Translations under genes and position numbers: made by a program
In this document: in pieces, positions 28,301-42,872 of the stretch
Layout of the letters: the number at the start of each line of letters is the position of its first letter
How positions within the stretch are numbered: the stretch's first letter is position 1
Notes under the pieces: model-generated
Told to the model about the DNA's origin: nothing
What the model saw: the letters and a program-made list of their open reading frames with translations, nothing else
Database searches by the model: none
Assembly (NCBI GenBank): GCA_038087875.1
Contig: CM075991.1
Coordinates: 3,658,001 to 3,722,000, forward strand
Direction of reading: 5' to 3'
DNA from: Malacoraja senta
Taxonomy: Eukaryota
Length of the DNA stretch: 64,000 bases

Positions 28301-29850
28301 ACATTTACTGAAACTAAAACTAACATCACCATTCTATGGCAAAGCAAGAAAAGTAGGACTCAGTGGATCGTTTTTCCAGTGAGCCAGGAGATATTAGATG
28401 GACTGAATGGCCTCCTTGTGTAGGAAGGAATTGCAGATGCTGCCTTAAATCAAAGATAGACATAAAACAGAGACAGACATAAAACAAAGATATGACAATA
28501 AAACTCTCTTGAACTCTTTAAAAGCTGGAGTAGCTCAGCGGGTCTGGCAGCATCTCTGGAGAGAAAGAATGGGTCGAGACCCTTCTGCTGTCTGAAGAAG
28601 ATGGTCACCAGCTTTAAGCCTTGGCTGCAAAATAGGTGTTTTGAAAAGAGTTTGATTGGAGAGGCTTAACTGATGCAAACTATGGTGTGTGTTTCATCGT
28701 ATTCCTTCATTGTGGTGATGATTCACCTTCTCGTTCCCCAAAGTCAGACTAGCATTGACACAGCTTAGGGATGTGGTGGAACTTTGTCTCCACTTTTCGA
28801 TTGATTCCAGATTCCACACAACTCAAGATATTTCCTACAAGTGGAGTTCATTGGGAGTCTTTAACCCGGAGTAGTTTAGTTTAGAGATATAGCACGGAAA
28901 CAGGCCCTTCGGCCAAATTGTCTGTTGTGTCTATCTGCACACTAGAGACAATTTACAACTTTACTGCAGTCAATTAACCTACAAACTTGTTCAGCTTTGG
29001 AGTGTGGGTGGAAAACGGAGCACCCGGAGAAACCCCACGCAGGTCACATGGAGAACGAACAATCTCAGTGCAGACAACAACCGTGGTCAGGGTCGAACCC
29101 GGGTCTCTGGCGCCATGAGGCAGCAACTCTACTGCTGCGCCACCGTGCCCCCCACGCAAGTAGGGGAATTGAGAACCAGAGGTCAAGTCAAAGAGGTCAG
29201 TCTGAAGAAGGGTTTCAGTCCGAAACGTTGACTATTTCCTTCGCTCCAGAGATGCTGCCGCACCCGCTGAGTTTCTCCAGCACTTTTGTCTACCTTCGAT
29301 TATCCAGCATCTGCAGTTCCTTCTTAAACGTCAAGTCAATGGATAATTTTAAGGAGGAAATTAATAGATTTTTGATCAGCAAGGTTATCAGGGGTTATGG
29401 GGCGAACGCAGGAGAATGAGGTTGTGAGGGAAAGATAGATCAGCCATGATTGAATGGCGGAGTTGACTTGATGGGCCGAATTGCCTTATTCTGCTCCTAG
29501 AACTTACGAACATAATAAAGGTTTAAGATGAGGAGGGGAAGATTTAATAGGTACCTGAGGGGTAACTTTTTCACACAAAGGGTGGGGGTGAGCACATGAA
29601 ACGAGCTGCCGGAGGAGGTAGTTGGGGCAGGAACCATCGCAATGTTTAAGAGGCATTTAGGCAGGTACATGGATAGGATAGGTTTAGGGATCTGGGGATC
29701 AATTTCCCTGCTGGGATAAATAAAGTTCTATTGTATCGTATCGCCAGCGCGCAACTAAAGCTTCTCACAGTACACGTGACAATAAATTAAACTAACTAAC
29801 TTTGGCATTGAGCAACCAGACAAGCAAGGAATGAACAAGGGCGGAGATAA

Positions 29851-30145
29851 GGGCGGCACGGTGGTGCAGCGGTATAGTTGGTGCCTTGCGGTGCCAGAGA
29901 CCCGGGTTCGATCCTGACTATGGGTGCTGTCTGTGCGGAGTTTGTACGTTCTCCCCGTGATCTGCATGGGTTTTCTCCGGGATCTCCGGGATCTCCGGTT
30001 TCCTCCCACACTCCTACAGGTTTGTAGGTTAATCGGTGGAGTATAATTGTACATCGTCCCTGGTGCGTGTGGGATAGTGTTAGCGTGCAGGAGTCGGTGC
30101 GGTCTTGATGGGCCGAAGGGCCAGTTTCCGTGCTGTATCTCCAAA
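29851..30145 (+). mobile_element. HE1/V-SINE-like SINE, near full length
   Basis: Head gggcggcacggtggtgcagcggta, B-box ggttcgatcc, core and CR1-like tail. Confidence 0.87.
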
Positions 30146-31544
30146 CTTAATAATTAAACTTGAAGAGATAGTGGATATCTCACACAATGTACTGAAAAGT
30201 ACACAAAGTAGGAGGAGAATGAAGCACTCATGGGAAAATGAAGTGATCATGGGGAGAACTTGCAAACTCCACACAGACAGCACCCAAGGTCTGGATGGAG
30301 CCCGGGTCTCCAGCGCTGTGAGGCAGCTGCTGGACCTTTTATTCTGAGTGTGCGCCCTCTGTTTTTTTTCTCCGACTACTGCAAACATCCTCCCCATTTC
30401 CACTGTACACACGAGAATGAGAAAGGAGATGGAAGTTTGAGCCGTCCCCACCAGACTAGTCCCCAACCTACACACACTGGGGACAATTTACAGGCGGCCA
30501 ATTAAGCCCAGAAACTTGCGCGTCTTTGAAGCGCGGGAGGAAACCGGAGCACCCGTGGAGGAAACCCACGCAGGTCGCGGGGGAAAACGCGCAAACTCAA
30601 CACCGGCAGTAACCGCGCAGAAAGGAGATGCCCCCTCAATCCATCACTTTCTGGCACTGGGACAGGCATGTCCACACAGCCCAGAGCAGACAACAGGCTT
30701 GGCCAAGGACGGGCCGCCGAGAGGCGGTGGGGGCCACCTCACTGAGACCAAAGAGGTGCCCGGTCGGTGGTGGTGGTGGGGGGCTCTGAGAATAAAGTGG
30801 GACCCGGCACGGGGGGGGGGGGGGGGGGGGAGGGGGACGGAGTGATTTACTCTGACTAAACAGGGACCCGGTGCGAGGGGGGGGGCACTGTGAACAAGGG
30901 TGGCAAGGGGGGTCCCAGCGGGGGAGAGACCACCGAGAACAAAGAGAGGCCCAGCCGTGGGGAGCTGCCGAGAGCAAAGAGGGACCCTAATGTGCACTTT
31001 TGTAGCCTTGTCCGCGCCAGAAACGTGGAGGCACTTTGTGTGCTGGCTGGTCGAACGAAGCATTTCACTAGACCCGGGTACAGTATTGGACAATAAAGTA
31101 TCATTGAATTATCATCATCTCTCCACCATCTCTCTTCTGCCCCCCCCCCCCCCGCCAAAAAATCTTACAAATCAATTTTGAAGCTCTTATGCAGACCGGT
31201 ACAGCACAGGAACAGGCCATTCGGCCCACAATGTCCGTGTTGAACACGATGCCGAGTTAAACTGTTCTCCTCTGCCTGCACGTGATCCATATACGTCCGC
31301 TCCTCGCATATCCATGTACCCGTCTAAACGCCTCTTCAGCACCACAATTCTCCGAGAATTCCGGTTTCCCCCCACACTCCAAAGACGTTCAGATTTGTAG
31401 GTTGATTGGCTCGGTGTATATGTTAAAAATAAGTGGTCCCGCGTGTTAATGTGCGGGGATCGCTGGTCGGTGCGGATTGGGTGGGCCGAAGTCCGTGCCG
31501 ACCAGCGGTCCGCGCACGTGAACACTATCCTACACACACACTAA

Positions 31545-31733
31545 AGGGCCTGTCCCACTTGGGCGTCATTTACGCGACATCATTTACGCGTCACGCGCGC
31601 ATGGTGCGCATTAGGCGCGCATGGTGTGTGGTGACGTAGGCGGTCGCGCGCGGCACCCCAGGATTTTGGGATGTACAAAATCTTCGCGCGCCATTGCGTG
31701 ACGCGCAAATGACGTCCAAGTGGGACAGACCCT
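31545..31733. mobile_element. Short PIF/Harbinger-type MITE
   Basis: TIR agggcctgtcccacttgggcgtcattt / aaatgacgtccaagtgggacagaccct; TAA and TTA flanks. Confidence 0.8.
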
Positions 31734-32879
31734 TTAGGGCAATATACAGGGTGACAGGCAGCAACTCTGGAGAGAAGGAATGGGTGACGTTTCGGGTTGA
31801 GACCTTTTGGGGCTCGGCCCGAAACACCACGCATTCCTTCTCTTCAGAGAAACTGCCTGTCCCAGTTACCCCAGCATTTTCTATCTTTGGTTCAAACTAA
31901 ACAAATGACTGCTCCACCTCACCCCAACCCTCAAGGATCGGTGAGGGTTAATTCAGTTCCACCGAGAAGCTGCAGCCCCGCTCTGACTCACTCCCTGGCA
32001 CCTCAGTCGGTGGGTTAGTGACTAATCACCATGGGCAGTTCCTCCCTTTCTCAGCTGACTGGTTGAGTAATCAAAGCATCTTTCTGTCAAACAGGCCAGC
32101 CACCGTTTTTTATGCTGTCGGGACGAGGTATATATGGGGCAGGAAGAGTGGGATCAATGGATTCCTTGTGTCAGAAGGAACTGCAGAAGCTGGAAAAATC
32201 TAAGGTAGACAAAAATACTGGAGAAACTCAGCGGGTGAGGCAGTGTCTATGGAGCAAAGGAATGGGTGACTTTTCGGGTCGAGACCCTTCTTCAGACTGA
32301 TGTGGGGACGGGGTATTGATTTAGAATGATCAGCCATGATCATATTGTGATCTGGCTCGAAGGGCTGAATGGCCAGCTCCTGCACCTATTTTGTATGTTT
32401 CTATGTTTCTATACTAGCTTTCATAGGTCGGTGCGTTGAGTATAAGGGTCAGGAAGTCATGATGCTGCTTTTCAAAAGGCATTTGGAGAATTATGTGCAA
32501 TTCTGGTCACCCCATTACAGGAAGAGTGTGTAGGCTTTGGAGAGGGTGCAGAGGTTTACCAGGATGCAGGCTGCATTAGGGGGTTTTAGCTACAGGGAGA
32601 GGTTGGATTGTTTTCTCTGGAATGCTAGAGGTTGTTGGGTATATAATGATGAGAGGCATAGATAGGGTAGACAGTCAGAACCTTTTCCACCAGGGTGCAA
32701 ATACCAAAGACTAGAGGGCATTACTTTAAGGTAAGAGGGGTAAAGTTTAAAAGAGTTGTGAGGGGCAACGTTTTTGTTATACAGAGGGTGGTGGGTGCCT
32801 GGAACAACCTGGAATTGTTGAGGCAGATATGATAGTGGCGTTATAGAGGCTTTTGGACAGGCAAACCATGAGGGTTTTG

Positions 32880-33365
32880 AGGGAATGGAAAGCCCTCAAT
32901 AACATGGGGAAAATCTGGACGTCTCGGATGTCTAAGGGTCTCAAACTGAGAATGTTCCATGCAACTGTAGAGACCACATTATTGTACGGGTGTGAGGCAT
33001 GGACTCTCATTCGAGCACTGTCCAAATCTCTCGATGGTACCTACACCCGAATGCTCGGAAACGTTCAAAATGTCAGTTGGAGGGACCACATCTCCAACGC
33101 CCAGCTCTATGGGGAGATTCCACCGCTGACCAAGAAGATCAGGTGGAGAAGGATGAGGCTCGCTGGTCACTGCCACCGCCACCCAGAAATGCCAGCGAAC
33201 AAGGTTGTGCTGTGGGAACCCACCCATGGAAGACGTGACCTGAGACGGCCAACGCTGAAGACGGGGATGGAAGACGCATGTGTAGAGCTTGCCAGCTGCA
33301 CGGAGGACAGAGATGTGTGGTGCGTCCGTCACCGTGCCCATCGGAAACCAGCACCACTGCGTCGC
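32880..33365 (+). mobile_element. RTE-clade LINE 3' ORF fragment
   Basis: KIW..KLRMFHATVETTLLYGCEAWTL...RRMRLAGHCHR. Confidence 0.85.
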
Positions 33366-33664
33366 TAATGTTTTCAACGATTTAATATATAATTAAAAAA
33401 ATGTAATAGGCGGGGAATGGAAGGATATGGATTAAACGCAGCTAGATAAGAGTTGGTCTTGACATCATGTGCAGCACAGATACCGTGGGCCAAAGGGCCT
33501 GTTCTTGTGCTATACTGTTCTATGCTCCATGTCTGTCTCCTGTCCATTCCTTCCACAGATGCTGCCTGACTCGCTGAATTCCTCCAATACTTTTGCCTTT
33601 TGCTAAAAATTCCAGCATCTGCAGTTCCTTGCGTCTCCTGCTCCTGACTCTGCTGCACAGGACA

Positions 33665-33945
33665 GTGTAGTGGTTCAGCGGTAGAGTTGCTGCCTCACAG
33701 CGCCAGAGACCCGGGTTCACTCCTGGCTACGGGTGCTGTCTGTACGTTGTTTCTCCCTGCGACTGCGTGGATTTTCTCTGGGTGCTCAGGTTTCCTCCCA
33801 CCCTCCAAAGACGTGCAGATTTGCAGGTTAATTGGCTTCTGTAAATTGTAAATTGTCCCTAGTGCGTAGGATAGTGCTAGTGCATGGGGTGATCGCATGG
33901 ACGCGGTGGGCCGAAGGGCCTGTTTCCGCGCCGTATCTCTATAGT
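33665..33945 (+). mobile_element. HE1/V-SINE-like SINE
   Basis: Same head, core and tail as the other copies. Confidence 0.8.
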
Positions 33946-34334
33946 CTAAAGTAAAGTCTAAAGTAAAGATACTGTGTCAGTGTTCCATGCAAAGATATTC
34001 AAGCAGAATGGATAGGAAAGGTTTAGAAGGATACGGCCTGAATGTGGGCAAGTAGGGCTAGTGTAGATGGGACATCTTGGTCTGCATGGGCAAGTTGGGC
34101 TGAAGGGCCTGTTTCCATGCTGTCTAATAATATAATGAAGCAAACTGCAGCTGTGCAGGGTCTGCAGAAGCGGGGTGGATTTTTAGTCCGAGAGGCAATG
34201 ATGTTTATGGTTTATTCCCCCGTCCCATTAAAAAACTAATTTAAACATTATTTTGGCAGGGTGCAGGTAAAAACAGCAGTAAAATACAAACTGCAGAAAC
34301 TTCAAAAGGCCTGGAATAAATAAAGCAAGGCACA

Positions 34335-34428
<94 letters not shown>

Positions 34429-34717
34429 GTGTATGAGGCAATTCACATTTATAAATCACCTTTCCATCACCACACTCACTGCTTCTCCACCTGTCGTGCT
34501 GTAGAAGCAGGCAATAATGCACTATGTTGTACTAACCTTAATTTAACTCCCATGTGAAGCGGTGTTTTCAATAACTAGTGGTCGGGAGACAAATGGATCC
34601 ATATGCAGACAGATGAGATCAGTTTAGCTTGTCATCGAGGTCCAGTACAGACATTGTGGGCCGAAGGGCCTGTTCCTGTGCTGCACTGTTCAATGCTCTA
34701 TGTGCAGAGGTACCTAC

Positions 34718-34801
34718 TGTGGCATTGCTTGGAATCTTCTGTAGCTTAATCACCTGGTTGACTGCCTTTATCCAGCTGTCCATCTCCACGCGACTGTCGG
34801 C
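34718..34801 (-). CDS. PLEKHA2: TAPP-family (PLEKHA2-like) exon: C-terminal helix of the second PH domain
   Basis: Acceptor tgctttgtttaaacAG; 84 nt encoding ADSRVEMDSWIKAVNQVIKLQKIPSNAT (cf. TAPP ADSPEEMHSWIKAV); donor GTAGGT (alternative donor 4 nt further on); in phase with the upstream exon. Confidence 0.75.
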
Positions 34802-36340
34802 CTGTTTAAACAAAGCACAAGATGACCATCATAGAAACATAGAAAATAGGTGCAGGAGTAGGCCATTCGGCCCTTCGAGCCTGCACCGCCATTCAATATG
34901 ATCATGGCTAATCATATTAGTTTCAACTGAACATAGACACAAAATTATCAGGTATCATACCTGTATAATACCATTCTAAACATAGAAATTCCATCATTTG
35001 ATAGGATTAGAAGAGACTGGGAACAAGAACTAGCTATAAAAATCTCGATATAGAGAGATTTAGAATGAAAGATATGCAAAATAGTAACGATGATAAAGGA
35101 AACAGTCCATTGTTAGCTGTGGGCTAGGTGAAAACCAGTTACAGACAGTGAAGCTCAACAAGATGACTTTGATGCTATCACAAGGACTTGGGTGCGGAGA
35201 GATGGAGAGAGAGGGGATGCAAGGGTTACTCGAAGTTAGAAAAATCATCATTCATTCCAAAGATGGACACGCCGCTGGGTTGTAAGCTGCTCGTTTAATT
35301 TTGAGTTACAGAGCGGAAACAGGCCCTTTGGTCCATCGATTCTGCGCTGGCCATCCTACACACATTAGGGACAATTTATAATTTTGCCGAGCCAACCTGT
35401 ACACTTTTTGAGTGTGGGAAGAAACTGGAGCACCCAAAGAAAACCCTTGCAGGTCACGGGGAGAAAGAACAAACTCTGTACAGACAGCACCCAAAGTCAG
35501 GATCCTTTTACCCTCCAAGGCCTGCTTGAAAAATCGAGGCTCTCACAGCGGTAGAGTTGCTGCCTCACGGTGCCAGAGAACCGGGCTCGCTCCTGACTGC
35601 GGGTGCTGTCTGTACAGAGTTTGTACGTCCTCTGTGTTACCTGTGTGGGTTTCCTCTGGGTGGTCTGGTTTCATCCCACACTCCAAGTTTGTACAGGTTT
35701 GTAGGTTAATTGGCATCTGGAATTTGCGTGTAAAATGTGAAAGTGGGATAACGAAGACCTAGTATACGGGCAAGCGTTGGCCGGCGTGGACTCGGTGGGC
35801 CGATGGGCCTGTTACCATGCTGCATCCCTAAACTAAATTAAACAATCCTGCTGCTAAATTGCTGCTAAATGTGCCTTAATCCTTTTGCAGAGTCGAGTTT
35901 GAATGGTGCCATTATGCGATAGGTTGGCCAAACGCCCAAAGATGTTTTTGTTGTGGTTTTTTTTTGCACTATATTGAGTTTTTTATTTATAGAACTAATT
36001 TTATTCACTGCACAGCGGTGTAGCGGTAGAGTTGCTGCCTTACATTGCTTGCAGCGCCAGAGACCTGGGTTCGATCCTGACCACGGTGCTGTCTCTACTC
36101 AACAAGACGTCTTTGAAGCTGGTACGACTTGGTTGGGGGAGGGACGGAGTGAGAGGGGATGCAAGGGTTACTTCTGTAACTTCAAGTAACCCCATTCTCT
36201 CGACTTGAAATGTCACCTATTCCTTCTCTCCAGAGATGTTGTCTGACCCGCTGAATTACTCCATCTTTCTGTGTCCATCTCTGGAAAGATTCAGCATGGC
36301 TGTGCAGAATCCATTGCCCCCTGCTGTTGTACAGCAGGAG

Positions 36341-37891
36341 GTACACAAAAATGCTGGAGAAACTCAGCGGGTGCAGCAGCATCTATGGAGCGAAGGAAAT
36401 AGGCAACGTTTCGGGCCGAAACCCTTCTTGAGACTGATAGGGGGTGGGGAGAAGAAAGGAAAAAAGGCGGAGGAGGAGCCCGAGGGCTGGGGGATGGGAG
36501 GAGACAACCAGAGGGCTGATGAAGGGGAGGGGACAGCAAGGGCTAGCAGAATTGGGAGAATTCAATGTTCATGCCCCCAGAATGTAGACTGCCCAAGCGG
36601 AATATGAGGTGCATTTCGTCCAATTTCCAGTGTTGCTCGCTGTGGCCATGGAGGAGACCCAGGACAGCGAGGTCAGATACGGAATGGGAGGGGGAGTTGA
36701 AGTGCTGAGCCACCGGGAGGTCAGGTTGGTTATTGCAGACCGACCGGAGGTGTTCGGCGAAACGATCGCCAAGCCTCCGCTTGGTCTCACCGATGTAGAT
36801 CAGCTGACATCTAGAGCAGCGGATGCAATAGATGAGGTTGGAGGAGATGCAGGCGAACCTCTGTCGCACCTGGAACGACTGCTTGGGTCCTTGAATGGAG
36901 TCGAGGGGGGAGGTGAAGGGACAAGTGTTGCATCTCTTGCGGTTGCAAGCGAAAGTACCCAGGGAGGGGGTGGTACGGGAGGGAAGGGAAGAATTGACAA
37001 GGGAGTTACGGAGGGAGCGGTCTTTGCGGAAGGCAGACATGGGGGGAGATGGGAAGATGTGGCGAGTGGTGGGGTCACGTTGGAGGTGGCGAAACTGATG
37101 GAGGATCATTTGTTGTATGTGACGGCTGGTGGGGTGAAAGGTGAGGACTAGGGGGACTCTGCCCTAGTTGTGAGTGGGGGGATGGGGAGAGAGAGCAGTG
37201 TTGCGGGGTATGGCAGACCCTGGTGCGAGCCTCATCTATGGTGGAGGAGGGGAACCCCCGTTCCCTGAAGAATGAGGACATTTCGGATGCCTTGGTGTGG
37301 AACGCCTCATCCTGGGAGCAGATGCGGCGTAGACGGAGGAATTGGGAGTGGGGGATGGAATCCTTACAGGAAGCAGAGTGGGAAGAAGTGTAGTCCAGAT
37401 AGCCATGGGAGTCGGTAGGTTTGTAATGGATGTCGGTAAGAAGTCTATCACCTGCGATGGAGATAGTGAGGTCAAGGAATGGTAGGGAAGTGTCGGAAAT
37501 GGTCCAGGTGTATTTGAGTGCCGGATGGAAGTTGGTGGTGAAGCGGATGAAGTCAGTCAGTTGTGTGTGGGTGCAGGAGGTGGCACCAAAACAGTCATCG
37601 ATGTAGCGGAGGTAGAGGTCGGGGATGGGGCCCAGGTACGTATTGAACAAGGATTGTTCTACGTACCGACAAAGAGGCAGGCGTAGCTGGGGCCCATGCG
37701 TGTGCCCATAGCTATGCCTTGTATTTGGAGGAAATGGGAGGAGTCAAATGAGAAGTTATTCAGGGTACACAAAAATGCTGGAGAAACTCAGCGGGTGCAG
37801 CAGCATCTATGGAGCGAAGGAAATAGGTAACGTTTCGGGCCGAAACCCTTCTTCAGACTGATAGGGGGTGGGGAGAAGAAAGGAAAAAAGG
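36341..37891 (-). mobile_element. Penelope-like retroelement (RT C-terminal part + GIY-YIG) with direct terminal repeats
   Basis: [49 protein letters not shown]; ~130-bp direct repeat at 36341-36470 and 37765-37891; frameshift near 37200. Confidence 0.93.
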
Positions 37892-38169
37892 AACAGTCTC
37901 CGGAGAGAGGAGGAGAACTTCTTCAAAGTAGGCATACCTTGACGAGATTTCGCAGTGGAGTAGACAAAGTGTTAAAGAAGGAACTGCAGATGCTGGAAAA
38001 TCGAAGGTACACAAAAATGCTGGAGAAACTCAGGGTGTTGTACAGCAGTGCTGCCTGCTGGTGGCACGGTAATATTACAGACCATGTTCTGCAGGACTGC
38101 CTGTTGGCCACTGTGTGGCGCCGCCCTGCCGTCCCCACCTGTATCACTATGCTAAGCTGCCCAGTTTCA

Positions 38170-38570
38170 GGTGAGGCAGAGGTTCACTTGCACCTCCTCC
38201 AACCTCATCTACTGTATCCGCTGTTCAAGATGTGGACTCTTATACATGGGCGAGACCAAACGCAGACTGGGAGATCGGTTTGCAGAACACCTTCGCTCAG
38301 CCCACCTGAACCAACCTGATCTCCAGGTTGTTAAACACTTTAATACTCCTTCCCATTCCTACACAGATCTTTCTGTCCTAGGTCTCCTCCATTGTCAGAG
38401 TGAGGCTAAACGCAAATTGGAGGAACAGCATCTCATATTTCGCTTGGGCAGTTTACAGCCCAGTGGTATGATTTTTGATTTCTCTCACTTCAGGTAGCCC
38501 CGGCAATCCCTCTCTCTCTATCCCTCCCCCACCCAAGTCGCACTAGCTTCTCATTTTCACCTTACATACA
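38170..38570 (+). mobile_element. Penelope-like GIY-YIG fragment; its 3' tail continues at ~41623-41780 after an L1 insertion
   Basis: ORF 38171-38497; the tail resumes with ctgaagaagggtctcgacccgaaa at 41713. Confidence 0.88.
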
Positions 38571-38584
38571 GTTTTCTTTATCAT

Positions 38585-41500
38585 AAACTTTTGGCTCGCC
38601 AGCTAAAAAAACGAGAAAAGGAACATACTATACCAAAGATCAAATCAGATAAAGGGGAATTATTAACAACACCGAAGGATATTAATAAAAGATTTGCGCA
38701 ATTTTATGAGAATTTGTATACACCTAAAATGACAATTGATTCCCATAATATCACAAAGTTTTTGGATACCTGTAATCTTCCAAAGTTAGAGCTGAAGGAA
38801 CAAGAGGAACTGGGTGCACAAATCTCAATTAAGGAATTAGAAGATACAATAAACTCACTAAAGAATGGAAAAACACCAGGCCCTGACGGATTTACTAATG
38901 AATTTTATAAAAGCTTTTATGATAAAATAATACCAAGATTACAAAAAATGTACCAATATGCTTTTAAAAAACGAATACTACCTGATACATTAGCGGAATC
39001 AACGATTACACTAATACCTAAGAAAAACAAAGATTTAGAAGAACCTGGTTCATATAGAGCTATAGCATTGTTAAACACAGATCAAAAAATATTAGCGAAA
39101 ACATTAGCTAGAAGATTAAGTAAATACATTAGTAAATTAATAAACCCAGATCAGACGGGGTTTATCCCTAAGAGATACTCATCTAACAATATGAGACGTC
39201 TACTCAACATAATGCACTCACACAAATCTGAAGATCAAGAATTATCAATTATTTCGCTGGATGCTGAAAAAGCATTTGATCAAGTAGAATGGAATTATAT
39301 GGACAAAGTATTACAAAAATTTCAACTGGGGGAGAATTTTATTCTATGAATCAAGTTACTATATAACAAACCTACAGCTAGAATACTAACTAATAACATA
39401 TTATCCTCGAAATTCCAACTATCAAGGGGAAATAGACAAGGATGCTTATTATCACCACAGCTGTTTGCTCTCATTATTGAACCGCTAGCAGAAAAAATTA
39501 GAATACACCCTGATATCCATGGATATAATACTAAAGACTCATATAATAAAATATCTTTATACGCGGATGATATATTACTGTACATTACAAAACCTCAAAT
39601 CACTATACCAAATATATTAAATTTAATTGAAGACTTTGGATCTTTTTCTGGATATAGAATAAATTGGAATAAAAGTGAAATTATGTCAATAAAACCGAAA
39701 GATTCAACACATCTTTTAAAATTCCCTTTTAAAATAGCTACAGAAAAATTTAAATACTTGGGAATCGAAAGTACCAGAACATATCAAGGTATGTTTAGGG
39801 CAAATTTTGACCCCCTACTTAATAAATTAAACACACTAATTAAATTCTGGAAAACGCTCCCGATGTCTTTAATAGGCCGAATAAACGCAATAAAAATGAT
39901 CTTTCTACCACAAATTTTATACCTATTTCAATCAATTCCTATATACTTACCAAAGAAGTTTTTTAAAAAACTCGACTCAGATATCACTAATTTTATATGG
40001 GACTATAAATCACATAGAATACAAAAAACTCATCTGAATAAACCTAAAGTATTAGGGGGTTTAGCACTACCTAATTTTATGTATTATTATTGGTCAGTAA
40101 ATATTAAAAATATGATTCAACTGATGGATAACTACGCCCAGCAAGTGGACTGGATTGTAATGGAGAAAGAGGATTGCTCCTCTAGAAACATTGGAGAAAT
40201 CCTCCTTTCTCCAATGAAATTGAATAACATAAATTATAATAAGAACCCAATTATTCATAGTACAATCCGAATTTGGAAACAAATAAAACAAAATTTAAAA
40301 TTAAGAAATGTATCACTTTTATTACCTATAGTTAATAACCCTTCGTTTAATCCTTCTATTATAGATAAAGCTTTTACACATTGGGATAGACTAGGAATTA
40401 AAACGCTTGGTGACTTGTATGAAACTGGAAAATTACTTTCATTTCAACAATTACAAATAAAATATAAACTCGGAAATAATCAATATTTTAAATATTTTCA
40501 AATATGCGACTATTTGAAAAAATATACAAAAGATCATTATAATAACCCAGTAGATGTATTGGACGAGGTAATGCAGATAAAAGCGGAATCAGCAAACTTA
40601 ATATCATATTTGTATAATATTATCTTAAATGTACAAATACCATCTACGGAGGGTATCAGAAGAGACTGGGAACAAGAGTTAGCTATTAAAATTTCAAAGG
40701 AAAGTTGGAATGAACACTTATTAAACGTGCATAAATGCTCGATTAATGTAAGACACACTTTAATACAATTTAAAATTTTACATAGATTATATTATTCGAA
40801 AACTAAAATTCATAAAATTTTCCCAAATGTATCATCTATTTGTGATAAATGTCAATCCCAAGAAGCTACTATAGCGCACTCATTCGTTTTCTGTACAAAA
40901 ATTCAAAAATTTTGGAATGAAATTTTTGAAATCTTTACAAAGTTATTTAAAACAAGACTGATACCCAAAGCAGAATGGATTATCTTCGGAATAACGGAAG
41001 ATGGTCCAGAACTAAATGTGTTTCAAAAGAAATTAATGGACTATGGGTTAATAACTGGAAAAAAGCTAATTCTAAAATTTTGGAAGAAGGCTCCAATACC
41101 AACTATAAATATGTGGATTTCAAATATGTTTGAAACATTACACCTAGAAGAGATAAGACTCCTCCTAGCAGGTAAACCAGATCACTTCCACCTGACGTGG
41201 TCTGCATTTATAGAATTATTACAAATATAGGGTGCAAAAGTACTTTAAAAAAAAATTGAGGTCGGGTAAGGGGGGATGATAGTTGAAGAGTTGGTATGTC
41301 CCATTTACGTAATGCTCATAAAAATATTTGTTTCTCTCTTTTTCCTCTTTCTCTTTCTCTTTCTTTTCTAGGGCCTATTTCTTAACTTTTTCTTTTGTTT
41401 TTAATTTTGCTCTTATAGGGTCTTCGTCCTTTTTTGTTGTCACATTTCCTACACTTTCACTTTTTCCTTCACTTTCTTCTTTCTTTCAATCTTTTCCTTT

Positions 41501-41622
41501 TCTAGTGTAAAAAATAAATGGAGTACATTAATTGTAAGAAGATATAAATGACGAGTACTAATGTATGTGGTTGTAATGTAATGTACTTCTAATAAATAAA
41601 AATTTAAAAAAAAATTTAAAAA
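38585..41622 (+). mobile_element. 5'-truncated, young L1 (ORF2 RT to C-terminus, one in-frame stop)
   Basis: ORFs 38591-39349 and 39683-41230 share one frame, broken only by TGA at 39347-39349; KTPGPDGF, SLDAEKAFD, YADD (39560) and a Zn knuckle; AATAAA and an A-rich tail. Confidence 0.96.
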
Positions 41623-42480
41623 ATCATTACGTTTTTGCATATCTTTCCTTCATTGTTCTTTATCTCTCCACATCACCGTCTGTATCTCTCGTTTCCCTTA
41701 TCCCTGTCCAGTCTGAAGAAGGGTCTCGACCCGAAATGTCATCCATTCCTTCTCCAGAGTTACTCCAGCTTTTTGTGTCCATCTTCACTTTATGATTAGT
41801 TATTCCTTCCTCACACATCACGGAAAAAGGCCCTTCAGCCCATCGAGTACGTGCCGATCAGCGATCACTCCGTACAATAACACTAACATACACACTAGGG
41901 ACAGTTTACAATTTTATCAAAGCTAGTTAATCTACAAACCTCTACATCTTTGGAGTGTGGGAGGAAACTCGAGCACCCGGAGAAAACCCAGGCGGTCACA
42001 GAGAGAACATACAAACGCCACAGACAGCAACCGTAGTCAGGATCGAACTCAGGTCCAGGAACACCTGCTAGTGTTTGGCCCAAACCCCTCGAAACCTTTC
42101 TGATTCACGTATCTGTCCAAATGTCTTTTAAATGCTGTTCTAGTACCTGCCTCAACTACCTCCTCTGGCAGCTCGTTTCATATACCTATGACAGTTTAAA
42201 TGTTGCCCCTCAGGCCCCTATTCAATTTTGCCCTCTCACCTTAAACCTATGTCCTCTGGTTCTTGATTCCCCTATCCTAAGACTCTGTTCATTCATGCAG
42301 TCTATTCCCCTCATGATCTTATACACCTCTATAAGATCACTCCTCATCCTCCTGCACTCCAAGGAATAAAGTCCCAGCCCGCCCGACCTCTCCCTACAGC
42401 CCAGACCCTCACGTCTCTGCAACATTCCGGTAAATCTTCTCTGCACTCTTGGGTGCAGACAGAGTGAAATGTTTAAATAC

Positions 42481-42544
42481 CTGAATGTAGAATGTTCTAG
42501 TCGCTGTCACCAATTCAAATAATTTATCCCTCATCAGGGCTTGG
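42481..42544 (-). CDS. PLEKHA2: TAPP-family (PLEKHA2-like) exon, second PH domain
   Basis: Acceptor tttctttcgcctgcAG; 64 nt encoding (S)QALMRDKLFELVTATRTFYIQ (cf. TAPP MRDNLFEIVTTSRTFYVQ); donor CAG|GTATTT. Confidence 0.8.
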
Positions 42545-42872
42545 CTGCAGGCGAAAGAAATGACAAAATGAGTAATGGGTGCAGGACGAGAAACTGTGGG
42601 GAAGTCATAGTCACACAGCATGGAAACAGGCCCTTCGGCCCAACTTACCCATCCTGACCAACATGTCACATCTACACTAGTCCCACCTGCCTGCATTTGG
42701 CCCATTCCCCTCCAAACCTGACCTATCCATGCACCTGTCTAAATGTTTCTTAAACATTGTGAGAGTCCCTCCTCTAAAACTACCTCCTCTGGCAGCTCGT
42801 TCCATACACCCACCGCCCTTTGTGCAAAGAAGTTACCCCTATTAAATCTTTCCCCACCCACCTGAAGCCTAA

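Noticed and set aside
29851..29930. tRNA genes
   Set aside because: The A/B boxes belong to SINE heads that continue into a SINE core and tail; there is no complete cloverleaf
34460..34498. Possible small exon (good acceptor ttgcctgcttctacAG, HDRWRSSECGDGK)
   Set aside because: No recognisable homology; cannot be supported without RNA data
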